The notes below the pieces were generated by a model. It did no database searches, was not told where the DNA came from, and saw only the letters and a program-made list of their open reading frames with translations. The position numbers were made by a program, and so were the translations under genes. Positions 40,348 to 51,794 of a stretch of 64,000 nt of DNA are shown here, in pieces (the first letter of the stretch is position 1; each line of letters starts with the position of its first letter). Location of the stretch: the NCBI GenBank assembly GCA_949747515.1, contig CATKFO010000051.1, forward strand, positions 4,226 to 68,225. Reading direction: 5' to 3'. Source of the stretch: an uncultured Eubacteriales bacterium. Lineage in GTDB: Bacteria; Bacillota; Clostridia; Oscillospirales; CAG-272.

Positions 40348-41266
40348 AAACATGCCCCGCGCTGAAATTCGCGCTAAAAAAAAGAAAGAATATTCAAGAT
40401 CAGAGATCGCCGCTCGAAGCATACTGAAAACATATCGCAGGGAAATATGGGCTCCTTTTATTTCTGCTGTTAAGCAGTACGAGCTTATAGAAAAAGGAGA
40501 TCGTATCGCCGTCTGCCTTTCCGGAGGAAAAGACTCGGCCGTTCTCGCCGTGCTTATGCGTCAGCTTGCGGCTCACAGCGACGTTCCGTTTGAATGCGAG
40601 TACATAGTTATGGATCCAGGATATTCTTCTGAAAACAGAAAAAGGATTGAGGAAAACGCGGCCTTGCTAGAGCTGCCAATACGCGTCTTCGAGACTAACA
40701 TATTCAGCGTAACGTCAAAACAGGGGGGCTCTCCGTGCTATCTATGCGCGAGAATGAGACGCGGACATCTGTACAGCTACGCTCAAAGCCTTGGGTGCAA
40801 CAAAATCGCTTTAGGGCATCATATGTCCGACGTAATAGAAACGACGCTTATGGGGATGCTTTGGGGATCTCAGATACAGGGAATGCTGCCGCGGCTCCGC
40901 AGTACAAATTTTGAAGGAATGGAGCTGATTCGTCCTTTATATAAAATAAGAGAAGACGATATCGTCAGGTGGGTCCGCTACAATGAACTTGAATTTCTCG
41001 GCTGCGCCTGCAAAATGACCGAATCCGCGGCTGTGGACGAGACCGCGTCCAAAAGACGAGAGACAAAGGAGTTGATTCGCCGCCTGAAGGAATCGGGAAA
41101 TCGGGATATAGAGAAAAATATATTCGGCGCGATACACCGCGCTAATATCGACACTTTGGTAGGCTATAAGCTGCGCGGAGAAGAGCATAGTTTTCTAGAA
41201 CAGCTTGAAGACAAAATAGCTGAGGGACCGTCTCGGCAGATCGAAAAGAACGGCAAATTAAGCTAA
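40340..41266 (+). CDS. TtcA-family tRNA 2-thiocytidine biosynthesis protein
   Basis: SGGKDS PP-loop, PCYLCARMRRG, LGHH, IRPL, GCAC. Confidence 0.88.
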   Translation: MNENMPRAEIRAKKKKEYSRSEIAARSILKTYRREIWAPFISAVKQYELIEKGDRIAVCLSGGKDSAVLAVLMRQLAAHSDVPFECEYIVMDPGYSSENRKRIEENAALLELPIRVFETNIFSVTSKQGGSPCYLCARMRRGHLYSYAQSLGCNKIALGHHMSDVIETTLMGMLWGSQIQGMLPRLRSTNFEGMELIRPLYKIREDDIVRWVRYNELEFLGCACKMTESAAVDETASKRRETKELIRRLKESGNRDIEKNIFGAIHRANIDTLVGYKLRGEEHSFLEQLEDKIAEGPSRQIEKNGKLS

Positions 41267-41356
41267 CAGTTCAGTTTCGGTTAGCTTTGCTCGTTAACAA
41301 CTATGAGCGTTGGGCTTTAACGCGCTATTTATATGTAAAAGGTTACAGACATAAAG

Positions 41357-42397
41357 ATGAAAAAAGGAAAATTGCTCGTCGCTATGAGCGGCGGCGTCGA
41401 TTCTTCGGTCGCTGTTCGACTGCTTATGGAACAGGGATACGAGCTCGAAGGCGTTACGTTTAAGGTCGATTCGTCTTCGGGAGCAGAGTCCGCCGTTCAC
41501 GACGCAAAAATTGTCGCCGAAGCGTTCGGCATACGGCATACTTCGCTCGATATGTCGGAGGAGTTTCGGTTGGATGTGAAGGAGTATTTCGTCAAATCTT
41601 ACGAAGCGGGAAAAACCCCGATCCCATGCGTCGAGTGCAACAGAAAGATCAAGTTCGGCAGACTTTTGGACTACGCTCTTGAAAGGGGATTCGACGGAAT
41701 CGCAACCGGACATTACGCTCGTCTGGCTACTGAAAACGGACGGCGGCGTCTATATCGGGCGGCTGACGCGCAAAAAGATCAAAGCTATATGCTTGCCGGT
41801 CTTACGGAAAAACAGATTATGCTTTCTCACTTTCCCCTCGGAGAATATACCAAAGACGAAATACGCAGAATAGCCGGAGAGAGCAATCTTACGGTATCGG
41901 AGAAGAAAGACAGTCAGGACATTTGCTTTATCTCGGACGGCGATTACGTACGTTTTCTAACGGAATATCGAGGGCGGCCCCCTGCCGCCGGGAAATACGT
42001 AGACGTTCAAGGCAACGTTCTCGGCCAAAACCGTGGGCAGGAGACCGTGACCGTAGGACAGAGCCGCGGGCTGGGCATAGCTCTCGGTAAGAAAGTTTAC
42101 GTTATTGAACGCGACGCCGCTGCAAATCGCGTCGTTCTCGGCGACGAAGAACATCTTTATAAAAGCGAAGTATACTGCGAGGGCATAAATCTGATCGGCG
42201 AAGACGGTCTTCCCGACGGCGAACGCCTCACGGTAAAAATACGATACGCCCATAGAGGAACGCCTGCCTTCGTCAAGGCTTTTGGCTCGGGACGTACGCT
42301 AATAAAATTTGACGAGCCGGTACGCGCTCCCGCTTCAGGGCAATACGCGGTTATGTACAGGGGAGACTGCGTAGTCGGGAGCGCGGTTATTGAATAA
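41357..42397 (+). CDS. mnmA: tRNA-specific 2-thiouridylase
   Basis: AMSGGVDS, TPIPCVECN, ATGHY, KDQSY, DSQDICF, GQ.AV.Y. Confidence 0.93.
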   Translation: MKKGKLLVAMSGGVDSSVAVRLLMEQGYELEGVTFKVDSSSGAESAVHDAKIVAEAFGIRHTSLDMSEEFRLDVKEYFVKSYEAGKTPIPCVECNRKIKFGRLLDYALERGFDGIATGHYARLATENGRRRLYRAADAQKDQSYMLAGLTEKQIMLSHFPLGEYTKDEIRRIAGESNLTVSEKKDSQDICFISDGDYVRFLTEYRGRPPAAGKYVDVQGNVLGQNRGQETVTVGQSRGLGIALGKKVYVIERDAAANRVVLGDEEHLYKSEVYCEGINLIGEDGLPDGERLTVKIRYAHRGTPAFVKAFGSGRTLIKFDEPVRAPASGQYAVMYRGDCVVGSAVIE

Positions 42398-42539
42398 CGC
42401 GTAAAAATAGAACGCCGCTCGTACTTTTTCGGGTCTTGACCGCTTCGAATAAATTGATAAAAATATAAAAAAACAATTAAAGCGGCTCGCCGTAACGTAG
42501 TAAGCCGCAATTTAAATTTTAATAAACGAGGTAACAGCC

Positions 42540-43601
42540 ATGCTTAAACTTATCTCTCCTGCAAACGGATCTACAGTTTCTCTGAGGGGAGACCGCGTAC
42601 GCTTATTTTTCGACTTATACAACGCGCGCGAGTCTGATTTTCCCGTGGACGTGCATCCATGGACGAACGTGGCGCGCGACACGGACGGGACTCATCCGGC
42701 TCCCGTGCTTTTCTTATGGAATACCGACGCGCCGACTGAAACATGCGATTTCGCCGTGCATATTTCGCACGATCCGGACTTTTCGGACGATATGGTAACG
42801 GTAGTCCCGGACAGCGGGACGGCCCTCGCAAGATATAACCTTGAAATCGGGAAAAAGTACTACTGGTATGCTGAAAGCAGAGGAAGCCGCCCGGAAAAAA
42901 GCGAAGTGTTTTCTTTTAAAACTGCGGACGAGTTTCCTCGCTTCGTATATCTTTCCAAAGAAAACACTAATATGCGCGACGCGGGAGGCCTGTATAACAT
43001 AGATGGAAAAAGAGTTCGACAAGGGCTGTTCTATCGAGGAGCGCTTATAGATAAGGACCGCACGCCCGACGAAGAAGGCTTTAGACGTCTTATAGAAGAG
43101 CTTCGCATACGCACCGATCTGGACCTTAAAGGATTCGATTACGAGGCGAACAATTCTCTTGCTGAGCAAAATTCAAAATTGCGGGGAATAGTGGACCGCT
43201 ACATATTCAACGCCAGCGCGTACGACGGAGGACTTAACAACGACGGAGCGCGCGGAATTATCGCGGACGTTTTCCGCCTGATGTGCGACGAGAGCATATA
43301 TCCCGCATATCTTCACTGTCACTCTGGAATGGATCGCACCGGAACGATAATGTTCTTGCTGGGACTTATTCTTCGAATAGACGTGGATACGCTTATGATC
43401 GACTACGAGTTGTCGGCGCTATGTACGGACGGATGGGGAGACAGAACTCGTGAAAATCTTTCAGTCGGGGCGGCCAATGAAATCCGCAAGTTCGGAGACG
43501 AGGGAGACGATCTTTACGCGTGCGCTGAAAAACTTTTCGACAAGGGCTTCGGACTTCCTGACGCTCCGGCCGTTCTGCGTAAAATATTCCTCGAGGACTA
43601 A
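42540..43601 (+). CDS. protein-tyrosine-phosphatase-like protein with N-terminal beta domain
   Basis: NMRDAGG, LFYRG, DLDL, HCHSGMDRTG (CX5R), DYELS. Confidence 0.85.
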   Translation: MLKLISPANGSTVSLRGDRVRLFFDLYNARESDFPVDVHPWTNVARDTDGTHPAPVLFLWNTDAPTETCDFAVHISHDPDFSDDMVTVVPDSGTALARYNLEIGKKYYWYAESRGSRPEKSEVFSFKTADEFPRFVYLSKENTNMRDAGGLYNIDGKRVRQGLFYRGALIDKDRTPDEEGFRRLIEELRIRTDLDLKGFDYEANNSLAEQNSKLRGIVDRYIFNASAYDGGLNNDGARGIIADVFRLMCDESIYPAYLHCHSGMDRTGTIMFLLGLILRIDVDTLMIDYELSALCTDGWGDRTRENLSVGAANEIRKFGDEGDDLYACAEKLFDKGFGLPDAPAVLRKIFLED

Positions 43602-43814
43602 CGACTTTTACGACCATAGTATAAGAAAACTCTTGCTTTTTCGAGCGGTTTTATGATATACTTAGTATGATAAATTATCGCGTAGGAAAGAAGACGCGGA
43701 TAAGTATCGCAAAAAGCGTCGAAGGCGCCGGATTCACGCCAAAATTTCAAGCTGCAAAGACGCATACGTATTATACGCAGTTTTGTCGGCGCTTCAATTA
43801 GAAATGATGAAAGC

Positions 43815-45518
43815 ATGGAGATTGATATGAAAAAAAAGATCGCTTATATTATTATGATCCTGCTCATGCTTGCGCCATCCTTTGTCGCGGTTCATAGTTA
43901 TCTGAGCGCGCGGAATTCGCCCGCCGGCTCAAAAAATATCGTTAAGATAACCGTTAAGGACGTACAGCAAAATATTTACGAGCTTGACAGAGTGAAAGAC
44001 GGTGAAAGAGCGGAAAAACTGATCGATCTTATTATGGAAATAAGAAACGGCGGAAAAAAGATATCTGCGCTCCCAAGCTCCGTTTCGGGAAGCGATCCTT
44101 TTCTTATAACTTTGAGCACGCCGGTAAAGGACACGTCGTATCAGTTTTACGTCGGAGTAGACTCAACCAACTGCTACTTTTCTCTTGACGGAGAAGCGTA
44201 TCAGATAAAGCAGGAAGACGCGGGAAAATTTCTGGAAACGGAATACGCGGAATGTCTGTACGTAGGAGCTAACGTTCCCACGCTTACAGTTTCTTCTGAA
44301 AGCGCCGTAAAGCCGTCGGAGTTGTCGTGGCAGTATAGAAATTACCGCGGGGCGCTTACTGAGAAAAATACGGACGCGTATCTTAACAAGGAAGAACAAA
44401 GCGTTGAGGTTATCGGGGCGGTTACCTTAAACTTTAGTATAGAACCGGATATATACACAGTTGTTATAACTGATGAGGATGGAAAGGTAAGATACGAAAG
44501 CACGGGAGAAAACCACGCTCCAGTCGTATTTGAAGAGCAAACGAACGTCAACGTCTCGGTAAACGCAAAGTGGCTTGAAAACGAGGATAAGAGTTATGTC
44601 GGCGAAAGCTCTTATAATTTTTCCGCGTCGGTCAGCGCGCCTCCAACATTCCATCTTGCTAAAGATACGGCGCACGAAAGCAAATTCGTAGTTATTACGG
44701 CGGTCGGAGCCTCCGATCCAAGCAGGATATCGTTTTCCAGCGATCCCGCTATGGATTCTTCTCCCGTTTTCTATAAAGCCGACGGAGACTCTTACGGCAT
44801 TCTTCCTATCCCGGCGGGAAGCGCCGGTTCGTATACCGTAACTCTTTCTTACGGCGGAGCGTCTTCTCAACTGAATTTGAAGGTCTCTCCGTTCGCAGAA
44901 TGCACCGCCGGATGGTATAGCGTTGAAAAGGCGAAAGGAATTCCTTATTCGGCGGAAACCTTCGCTTCGGCATACAGCGAAAGCGCGCGAAACGAATTTG
45001 CGGAGCTTGTAAAAACAATTTCAAATAGCGATGAAACTAAAGCGGCGGCGCAAACAAAATACTTCGACGGATATTTTCTCGGACCGCGTCAGGAATACGG
45101 TAAATATGCGGCGAGTAAAATACTGTACGGAGAAAAAATCGCTATAACAGGAAACGAAAACGACAGCATGACGTTCGTCAGCGAAGGACTTGATCAAATA
45201 TATTCGGGAAATGTTCCGGCGGCTAACGCAGGAAAGGTCGTATATACGGGTTCATCCGCTTATTCCGGCAATTTAGTCGTAATAGAACACGGTTGGGGGC
45301 TCAAGACTTGGTATTGGAATTTGGGCGACATATCCGTTAAGGCGGGCGACGCGGTAAATCGAGGCGACGTAATCGGAAAGACCGGGTCTACCGGTTTCAG
45401 TATGGGCGGCGAAGGCGTGCACGTCGCTATGTCGGTGGGAGACAAATTTGTTTGTCCTTACGATACATGGTCGGATGCGGACGGTTTCAAGGAAGGCGTG
45501 CAAGTATATTATAAATAA
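43815..45518 (+). CDS. membrane-anchored protein with a degenerate M23/LytM domain
   Basis: N-terminal TM; C-terminal AANAGKV..GNLVVIEHG..VKAGD.V.RGDVIG.TGSTG; Zn/catalytic His residues substituted. Confidence 0.8.
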   Translation: MEIDMKKKIAYIIMILLMLAPSFVAVHSYLSARNSPAGSKNIVKITVKDVQQNIYELDRVKDGERAEKLIDLIMEIRNGGKKISALPSSVSGSDPFLITLSTPVKDTSYQFYVGVDSTNCYFSLDGEAYQIKQEDAGKFLETEYAECLYVGANVPTLTVSSESAVKPSELSWQYRNYRGALTEKNTDAYLNKEEQSVEVIGAVTLNFSIEPDIYTVVITDEDGKVRYESTGENHAPVVFEEQTNVNVSVNAKWLENEDKSYVGESSYNFSASVSAPPTFHLAKDTAHESKFVVITAVGASDPSRISFSSDPAMDSSPVFYKADGDSYGILPIPAGSAGSYTVTLSYGGASSQLNLKVSPFAECTAGWYSVEKAKGIPYSAETFASAYSESARNEFAELVKTISNSDETKAAAQTKYFDGYFLGPRQEYGKYAASKILYGEKIAITGNENDSMTFVSEGLDQIYSGNVPAANAGKVVYTGSSAYSGNLVVIEHGWGLKTWYWNLGDISVKAGDAVNRGDVIGKTGSTGFSMGGEGVHVAMSVGDKFVCPYDTWSDADGFKEGVQVYYK

Positions 45519-45718
45519 AACGAAAAGGTAGAGTATCGATTATCAATTCATACTCTGCCCTTTTGTTTTTGTAATTTATCAGATATACAATGAAGCATCC
45601 CAACCGGAGTCTGCCTTGATTCTATACTTATATAAGTTTGTGTAGTTCTCTAACGAGAATACGGCATAACAGCTTGCGCCTGCCTCATACGGCGGGAGTA
45701 AAAAATCACGCCTTAGCG

Positions 45719-45838
45719 CGGCGCAAGCGCTTCAATTTGAGAGGCGCAAGCATGTCTGTAGGAAAGCTTCGCTTCAAGGGATGACGAAGCGGGATTGAAC
45801 GACGCTTTATTTGAAGCTTAAAGAAACAAAACTCCGCG
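45719..45838 (+). repeat. dispersed intergenic repeat, copy 1
   Basis: CGGCGCAAGCGCTTCAATTTGAGAGGCGCAAGCATG...GAAGCGGGATTGAACGACGCTT...TTTGAAGCTTAAAGAAACAAA matches the rc of 53528-53652. Confidence 0.8.
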
Positions 45839-46353
45839 GGAGACTTTTGCCGTCGCTATAGCTTTTCACACTTCTTGCCTTCGGCATGAAGTTGTAAGCT
45901 TTTTCCAGAAAAAAACTTGTGGTAATCATATACTTTCTTTTAGAAAGAAAGTAATCAAAGAAACTTAAAGAGTAGTTCGCTTCGCAAAAAGTTGCCGCAG
46001 CTTGTGGGCAAGCTGCTTTCGTTAGCTTGTTGAAATGAAGCTTAGTTCAACAGCTGTTTGTGCGGCGGTCAAAATGGGGCGTTCGCTCAGCTGGGTTAGG
46101 CAAGCGTGAGCCGGAATGGGTTCAAATGTTTGGGAGTTAGTTTAACAGCGAACTCGCATATTTGTGTTCAAAACGCGGCTTTGTTAAATGTTGCATAAAT
46201 TTAACGTCGATGTTGAAGTATTGCTGAGGCCTCCAACGTATGAGATAACACCTCTCGTCTGCTTTGCGCGGCGTGAGCGAGAGAATCCGGCGTAGAGCGG
46301 CGTGCCGAAGCGTTGGCGACGCAATGCCGAATCGTCGTCCGCCGACGCAAAAT

Positions 46354-48228
46354 TCACCTTGTCTTTAGCCAGATTAGAAGAACCGAAATGTCTGCCGGAC
46401 TAACTCCCGATATACGGCTTGCTTGTCCAACGGACGCCGGCCGAACCTTTGCAAGCTTTTCGGCGGCTTCAAGTCGAAGTCCCCTTATTTTACCATAATC
46501 TATATCAGTTGGAAGCAGCGTATTTTCGCTCTTTTCCTGCCGAGCGGCTTCATCAGTCTGCCGCTTTACATATCCGGCGTATTTTATTTCTGTTTCTACT
46601 CGAAAGCGAAGTTCTCTTGATAACGCGGGCCGCTCCGGATCAATATGGGCGATGTCTTCGTAGCCGATCTGCGGACGACGGATCATATCGGCCGCGGAAA
46701 TTCCAGACGAAACCGGCGTAGTTCCTCGAGCATTAAGCAGCTCGTTTACAGCGGAAGGACCGTAATTCTTGTGCTCGAGTCGTTCAATTTCCTCTCTGAC
46801 CGCGCGCTCCTTTTCCATTACCGCCGCGGCGCGATCATGCAGGATAAGTCCGGCGCGTATTCCATACTCGGTAAGGCGGCTCTCAGCGTTGTCCTGCCTC
46901 AGAAGCAGACGAAACTCGCTGCGGCTCGTCATAATTCGATACGGTTCAGCCGTACCCTTTGTTACAAGATCGTCAACAAGAGTGCCGATATAAGAAGATC
47001 TGCGAGGTAAAATAATTTGCTTCTCCCCCCGAATTTTCAGGGACGCGTTAATTCCCGCAAGCAGTCCTTGAGCGGCGGCCTCTTCGTAACCGGACGTTCC
47101 GTTAAACTGCCCGGCCCCATACAGACCGTCTACCTTTTTAAATTCAAGCGTGGGGTAAAGCTCGGTCGGATCAACGCAGTCGTACTCTATAGCGTAGGCG
47201 TATCGCATAATTTCCGCTTTTTCAAAGCCGCTGAGCGTGTGAAGCATAGACTCCTGAACGTCCGCGGGAAGAGAAGAGGAAAATCCTTGTAAATATATTT
47301 CTTCCGAATCACGGCCCACGGGCTCCACGAACAACTGGTGGCGTTCCTTATCCGGAAAGCGCATGATTTTATCCTCGATCGACGGGCAGTACCGAGGGCC
47401 TACTCCGTGTATTTTTCCGGAATACAGCGGAGAGCGGCTTATATTAGATTTTATCGTCTCATGAGTCGCATCGTTCGTATATACGACGTGGCAGTCTATC
47501 TGTTCTATGCGGTTTAGCTGCTCCGCGTCGGTACGGCAAGAAAACGGAGTTATATATTCGTCTCCGCGCTGCGCTTCAAGAGCTGAGAAGTCAATGGAAC
47601 GGCGATGTATTCTCGGAGGCGTTCCCGTCTTAAAACGCATAAGGTTTATTCCAAGAGAAGAAAGAGACGACGTAAGTCCTTCGGCTGGAACAAGTCCGTC
47701 GGGGCCGCTTCTGCGGCTTATATCTCCCGTATGAGTAGTTCCTCCGAGGTACGTTCCGGTAGAAAGGATTACGGCGCGAGCGTAAAACTCTCCTCCCGGA
47801 GCGGCGGAAACTCCTATAACCTTTGCGTATCCTTCGGACGAAATTTCCGTTAAGACGTCGGTTATTTCTCCTTGAATGAGATATAGATTTTCCGTATCCT
47901 CCAGCGTTTTTTTCATTATGTCTTTGTATTTTATGCGATCCGCCTGTACTCGCTTCGACTGCACCGCCGCGCCTTTACCCGTGTTAAGAGTGCGCGACTG
48001 AATTGTGGCGAGGTCTGCGGCGTACCCCATCTCTCCTCCGAGAGCGTCTATCTCGTATACCAGGTGTCCTTTTCCCGTGCCTCCTACGGAGGGATTGCAC
48101 GGCATATTGGCCACGGCGTCGAGAGAAAGCGTAAAAAGAGCGGTTTTCAGCCCGCTCCGAGCAGAAGCGAGAGCGGCTTCTATCCCAGCGTGTCCCGCGC
48201 CCGCCACTATTATATCGTAACTGTTCAT
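46354..48228 (-). CDS. mnmG: tRNA uridine 5-carboxymethylaminomethyl modification enzyme
   Basis: [63 protein letters not shown]. Confidence 0.97.
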   Translation of the reverse strand: MNSYDIIVAGAGHAGIEAALASARSGLKTALFTLSLDAVANMPCNPSVGGTGKGHLVYEIDALGGEMGYAADLATIQSRTLNTGKGAAVQSKRVQADRIKYKDIMKKTLEDTENLYLIQGEITDVLTEISSEGYAKVIGVSAAPGGEFYARAVILSTGTYLGGTTHTGDISRRSGPDGLVPAEGLTSSLSSLGINLMRFKTGTPPRIHRRSIDFSALEAQRGDEYITPFSCRTDAEQLNRIEQIDCHVVYTNDATHETIKSNISRSPLYSGKIHGVGPRYCPSIEDKIMRFPDKERHQLFVEPVGRDSEEIYLQGFSSSLPADVQESMLHTLSGFEKAEIMRYAYAIEYDCVDPTELYPTLEFKKVDGLYGAGQFNGTSGYEEAAAQGLLAGINASLKIRGEKQIILPRRSSYIGTLVDDLVTKGTAEPYRIMTSRSEFRLLLRQDNAESRLTEYGIRAGLILHDRAAAVMEKERAVREEIERLEHKNYGPSAVNELLNARGTTPVSSGISAADMIRRPQIGYEDIAHIDPERPALSRELRFRVETEIKYAGYVKRQTDEAARQEKSENTLLPTDIDYGKIRGLRLEAAEKLAKVRPASVGQASRISGVSPADISVLLIWLKTR

Positions 48229-48237
48229 GTAGCTATT

Positions 48238-49344
48238 TTACCTCAAGATTTTGTTTTTTTGCCCGCCGAGGTTTAACTGCCCGTGGCGGAAAATAAGTTT
48301 TGCAAGAAAAGGATATTTTTCAGGATTTCGCGCCGCGACAACTCCGGCTACAAAAAGGATTAAAGATATCAGCGTCAAGGCGAAACAGACGCGTATCACG
48401 GGAGAAAATTTTTCTTTTTGAGCCTGCTCCGCGTCGGAAAAAGAATACAGCTCTACCTCTCCGCACGTCATACGTCTGACCGTGCAGTACGATTCGTTTC
48501 CCTCGGGAGCGTACGTTTTCACCCATACGTCGCATTCGCCGCCGGCCGCTGCAAAACTGAGCTCAGATTTCCATATTCCCGCGGCTTCCGGGTTGTTTAT
48601 AACAAAAAGTTCCGTTTTTTCTTCCGACGGATATGCGTAAAGCTTCGCCTCGCCGTCCGATAACTCGTAAGATGAAAAAGATACTTTAAAATGTTCGGAA
48701 TTATTTTCGTTTATCGGGGAGCGGCTCATGATAATCGACACGATAAGCGCCGCCGTCGACACAAAAATCATGGAGACTCCAGAAAAAATAAAACTTGCGG
48801 GCTCCTTTAGGCGCGAGCCAAAATATCGGTTTGAAGTCGACGATATTTTTTTTATTGTATGCCCTCCGTTTGCTGTTTTATAGCGCAGAGACGCGTACTT
48901 AAAGAAAGAAAACTGATTGAGAGCGTGTTTATCTATGGATATCGTTTTGTCTCTCACATAAATAACTACGTCGGTTTTGCCGAACTGTCCTTCGTAGCCT
49001 TTTATTTCATCATATCTGTATAGCCTCCTTATGCCGAAAAACGACGTGTGAACGAACCCTTCTTCGCTATAGGAAATTTTAAAGGACGTCAGGCATATCG
49101 ATAAGATCGCAGGAACAACGGATATATATCCAAACATCGCGGAATGATCTTTATATCCTCCAAGAAAGAAAACGATTGAGGCAATACACATAAACGACGC
49201 GACGGCAATACAGTCGACGGGCCAAACATACGAGATATATACCGGTTCGTTTTCTTCACGTCTTACGAAGTATAACGACAGCATAAGTTTTATCGCCGAT
49301 ATAATTACCAGCGCTATCGTGACTATCAAAAGGTTTTTCTGCAT
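48238..49344 (-). CDS. hypothetical membrane protein
   Basis: 368-aa ORF with about 5 hydrophobic segments, tightly packed in the operon. Confidence 0.6.
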   Translation of the reverse strand: MQKNLLIVTIALVIISAIKLMLSLYFVRREENEPVYISYVWPVDCIAVASFMCIASIVFFLGGYKDHSAMFGYISVVPAILSICLTSFKISYSEEGFVHTSFFGIRRLYRYDEIKGYEGQFGKTDVVIYVRDKTISIDKHALNQFSFFKYASLRYKTANGGHTIKKISSTSNRYFGSRLKEPASFIFSGVSMIFVSTAALIVSIIMSRSPINENNSEHFKVSFSSYELSDGEAKLYAYPSEEKTELFVINNPEAAGIWKSELSFAAAGGECDVWVKTYAPEGNESYCTVRRMTCGEVELYSFSDAEQAQKEKFSPVIRVCFALTLISLILFVAGVVAARNPEKYPFLAKLIFRHGQLNLGGQKNKILR

Positions 49345-49385
49345 GTGTACGGCGATCTGTTAGACCATTCGCTTCCTTTCTGAGA

Positions 49386-50519
49386 TTATAAGGTCAGATC
49401 CTTTATAATATACTCCGCGATGTCGTCGGCGGCGCGGCGCGGAATAAATTCTTCCTGCCTCGCCATAATACGGCCGCACAAAGCTTCGTCTTCGGCAAGT
49501 CCCACGGCAAGCTCCGCTGCGTTTACGTTTTCAGAAAATAATGACAACCCGTTCTCAGAAAAAAACTTTGCGTTCATAGTTTCGCATCCAGGAATAGGAT
49601 CGGTATGAACGAGCGGCGTCTTCTTAACCGCCGCTTCGGAGCTGGTAAGTCCGCCGGGCTTTGATAATAAAACGTCGCACGCGTCCATGTACAAAGGAAC
49701 TTCCGTAGTAAACGGAATAGCCACCGCTCGCTCGTCTCCCTTGAAAGACGATTCTATATTGTTACGGAGTTCTTCATTTCTTCCGGTCATTATCAAAACG
49801 CGGATAACCGTTTCACAAGTGTCAAATCTTGAGCGAGCTTTCGCTCTTTCAAGAATTTCACGAGAGAGAGAAACGACGCTTCCAAAGCCCATACTTCCAG
49901 TCATTACTAAAAATATAAGTCCGTTTTCCGGCAAACCAAGCTTTTTCCGAGCTTCTGTTCGATCTGTTTTACCGTAAAATTTAGCCGATACGGGAATTCC
50001 CGTAGGAACTAGCTTTTCGCGAGGTATCCCTCGAGCCGCAAACTCGTCCGTAAGCTTTTCATGGGGAATAAAGAATATGTCCGGCTCGGTTTCTTCCCAA
50101 AAAGGGATGCAAGTGTAATCGGTAGCGACGCAATATGATTTCGGAGTACTCTCTCCGCGCCTTCGCAGTCTTGTGATCATTTCCGCCGGGAATAAATGAG
50201 GCATCACTACCGCGTTGAATCCCCCTTCCTCGATATACTTTCCAAGACGAGACGCGTTGCGAGCGTTCGCGTAATATACGGGAGATTTAAATCTTGGAGA
50301 GCTTATGGCGCGACCCGCTTTATATATGGTTCCAAATACAGACGGACATTTGGAAACCATGCCCACATAACAGCCGCTGGTAACGCGGGACGTGCTTCCA
50401 AAAGACAGAGCGTCTACCATCTCGCACTCGACTCCGCGTCTGCCAAACGCTTCTTTAACGGCAAGCCCGGCGGAATTGTGTCCCTGACCGGTATTGCACG
50501 ATAATATCAGAATTCTCAA
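49386..50519 (-). CDS. MGDG synthase/UgtP-like glycosyltransferase (GT28)
   Basis: TGQGHNSA, ATDY, TGIPV, GSMG, KPGGLTSSEA, PIPGCETMN. Confidence 0.9.
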   Translation of the reverse strand: MRILILSCNTGQGHNSAGLAVKEAFGRRGVECEMVDALSFGSTSRVTSGCYVGMVSKCPSVFGTIYKAGRAISSPRFKSPVYYANARNASRLGKYIEEGGFNAVVMPHLFPAEMITRLRRRGESTPKSYCVATDYTCIPFWEETEPDIFFIPHEKLTDEFAARGIPREKLVPTGIPVSAKFYGKTDRTEARKKLGLPENGLIFLVMTGSMGFGSVVSLSREILERAKARSRFDTCETVIRVLIMTGRNEELRNNIESSFKGDERAVAIPFTTEVPLYMDACDVLLSKPGGLTSSEAAVKKTPLVHTDPIPGCETMNAKFFSENGLSLFSENVNAAELAVGLAEDEALCGRIMARQEEFIPRRAADDIAEYIIKDLTL

Positions 50520-50537
50520 TATAATCTCCTCCCTTGG

Positions 50538-50840
50538 TTATATGATTAAGGCCTCTACAATCAGGGCCGCAAGACAACAAGCGACGGCGACTTTTAAAAG
50601 TCCAGCTCCCCTCGCGGCAAGGACGATACCGATAACGAGAGCCGCGGTTCCCGCCCACGGAGTACGCGTAGCTTCAATAATAGCAGGGACGGTCATTACA
50701 GATAACGTCGCGTACGGCACGTAATACAGAAAAGATCTGACCGTGCGGTTTTTGATTTCTCCTCGTATTAGTATAAGAGGAAGAATTCTCACCGCGTAGG
50801 TCGCCGCCGCCATAACGAGTATGTATATCCATGGATTCAT
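50538..50840 (-). CDS. azlD: AzlD family protein
   Basis: MAAATYAVRILP...FLYYVPYA; follows azlC. Confidence 0.85.
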   Translation of the reverse strand: MNPWIYILVMAAATYAVRILPLILIRGEIKNRTVRSFLYYVPYATLSVMTVPAIIEATRTPWAGTAALVIGIVLAARGAGLLKVAVACCLAALIVEALII

Positions 50841-50892
50841 ATATACGGCCCTGCCTTTCTGCGTTTTCTGCGAAATTTATTTTTATATGCTT

Positions 50893-51606
50893 TCAGTCTT
50901 CATCCCATACTTCCGGCACGGGTTTGATTATTGCGGCTGCAAGAGATATCGCGACAGTCAGAACTATAGTTACGATACCGGGCGAAATCTTAGCTAATAC
51001 GGGAACGAACCGAGCGACCGAGCTCAGTGCGAAAGACGCGGCTACTACGGCCGCTACCGCGCGCCTTTTAATCGCCGGAGGAACGACGATTGCGAGAAAC
51101 ATTCCGAAAAGGCCGACCGAAAGCGCGCTTACTGCGAACTCAGGTAAAAGATTCCCTGCGAGAGCGCCGATAAAAGTTCCTATAGCCCATCCAGGGATCG
51201 TCGGAAGCATCGTTCCGTAAGCGTAAGCAGGTTCAAGATATCCGTCCCGCGAAACGTTAACGGCAAATATCTCGTCCGTCAGATCAAAGCCGACGAGCAA
51301 CCTGTGAAAAAACGGAGAATTCGGGGCGAATTTCTGACTTAGCGTACAGGACATGAGCAAATATCGAGCGTTCGCTACAATTTCCATCAGCGCCGCCTCG
51401 GCATATCCCGCCCCGGCCGCGTAAAGCGAGAAAGCGGCATACTCTCCTGCGGAAGCGTTACACAACAAACTTGCCGTCGCCGCCTGCGCGGCTGAAAATC
51501 CAGCTTCGCCCGCCGCGATGCCGAGCGCAAACGCAACCGCAAAATAGCCGAGACCAATTGGAATCCCGTCCCGTATTCCCTTTCCGAAAAGAATCGTTTT
51601 GCTCAT
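50893..51606 (-). CDS. azlC: AzlC family branched-chain amino acid exporter
   Basis: PIGLGY, ASAGEY, NARYLLMS, LTDEIFA. Confidence 0.9.
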   Translation of the reverse strand: MSKTILFGKGIRDGIPIGLGYFAVAFALGIAAGEAGFSAAQAATASLLCNASAGEYAAFSLYAAGAGYAEAALMEIVANARYLLMSCTLSQKFAPNSPFFHRLLVGFDLTDEIFAVNVSRDGYLEPAYAYGTMLPTIPGWAIGTFIGALAGNLLPEFAVSALSVGLFGMFLAIVVPPAIKRRAVAAVVAASFALSSVARFVPVLAKISPGIVTIVLTVAISLAAAIIKPVPEVWDED

Positions 51607-51794
51607 AACAGTCTCCGCTTGTCAAAATCCGTTTATCATTAAACGGCAAATCTTCTTTATATTCATAGCTTCTCTTTATTATATATTTATTTCCTAAGGA
51701 TTTCAAGGTGCAAATATATTACAAAAAGTAAAAACGCAATATTTAAAAAAATATAAAAATATTATTTTAATTGCGAGTAAGAAAATAAAACGCG

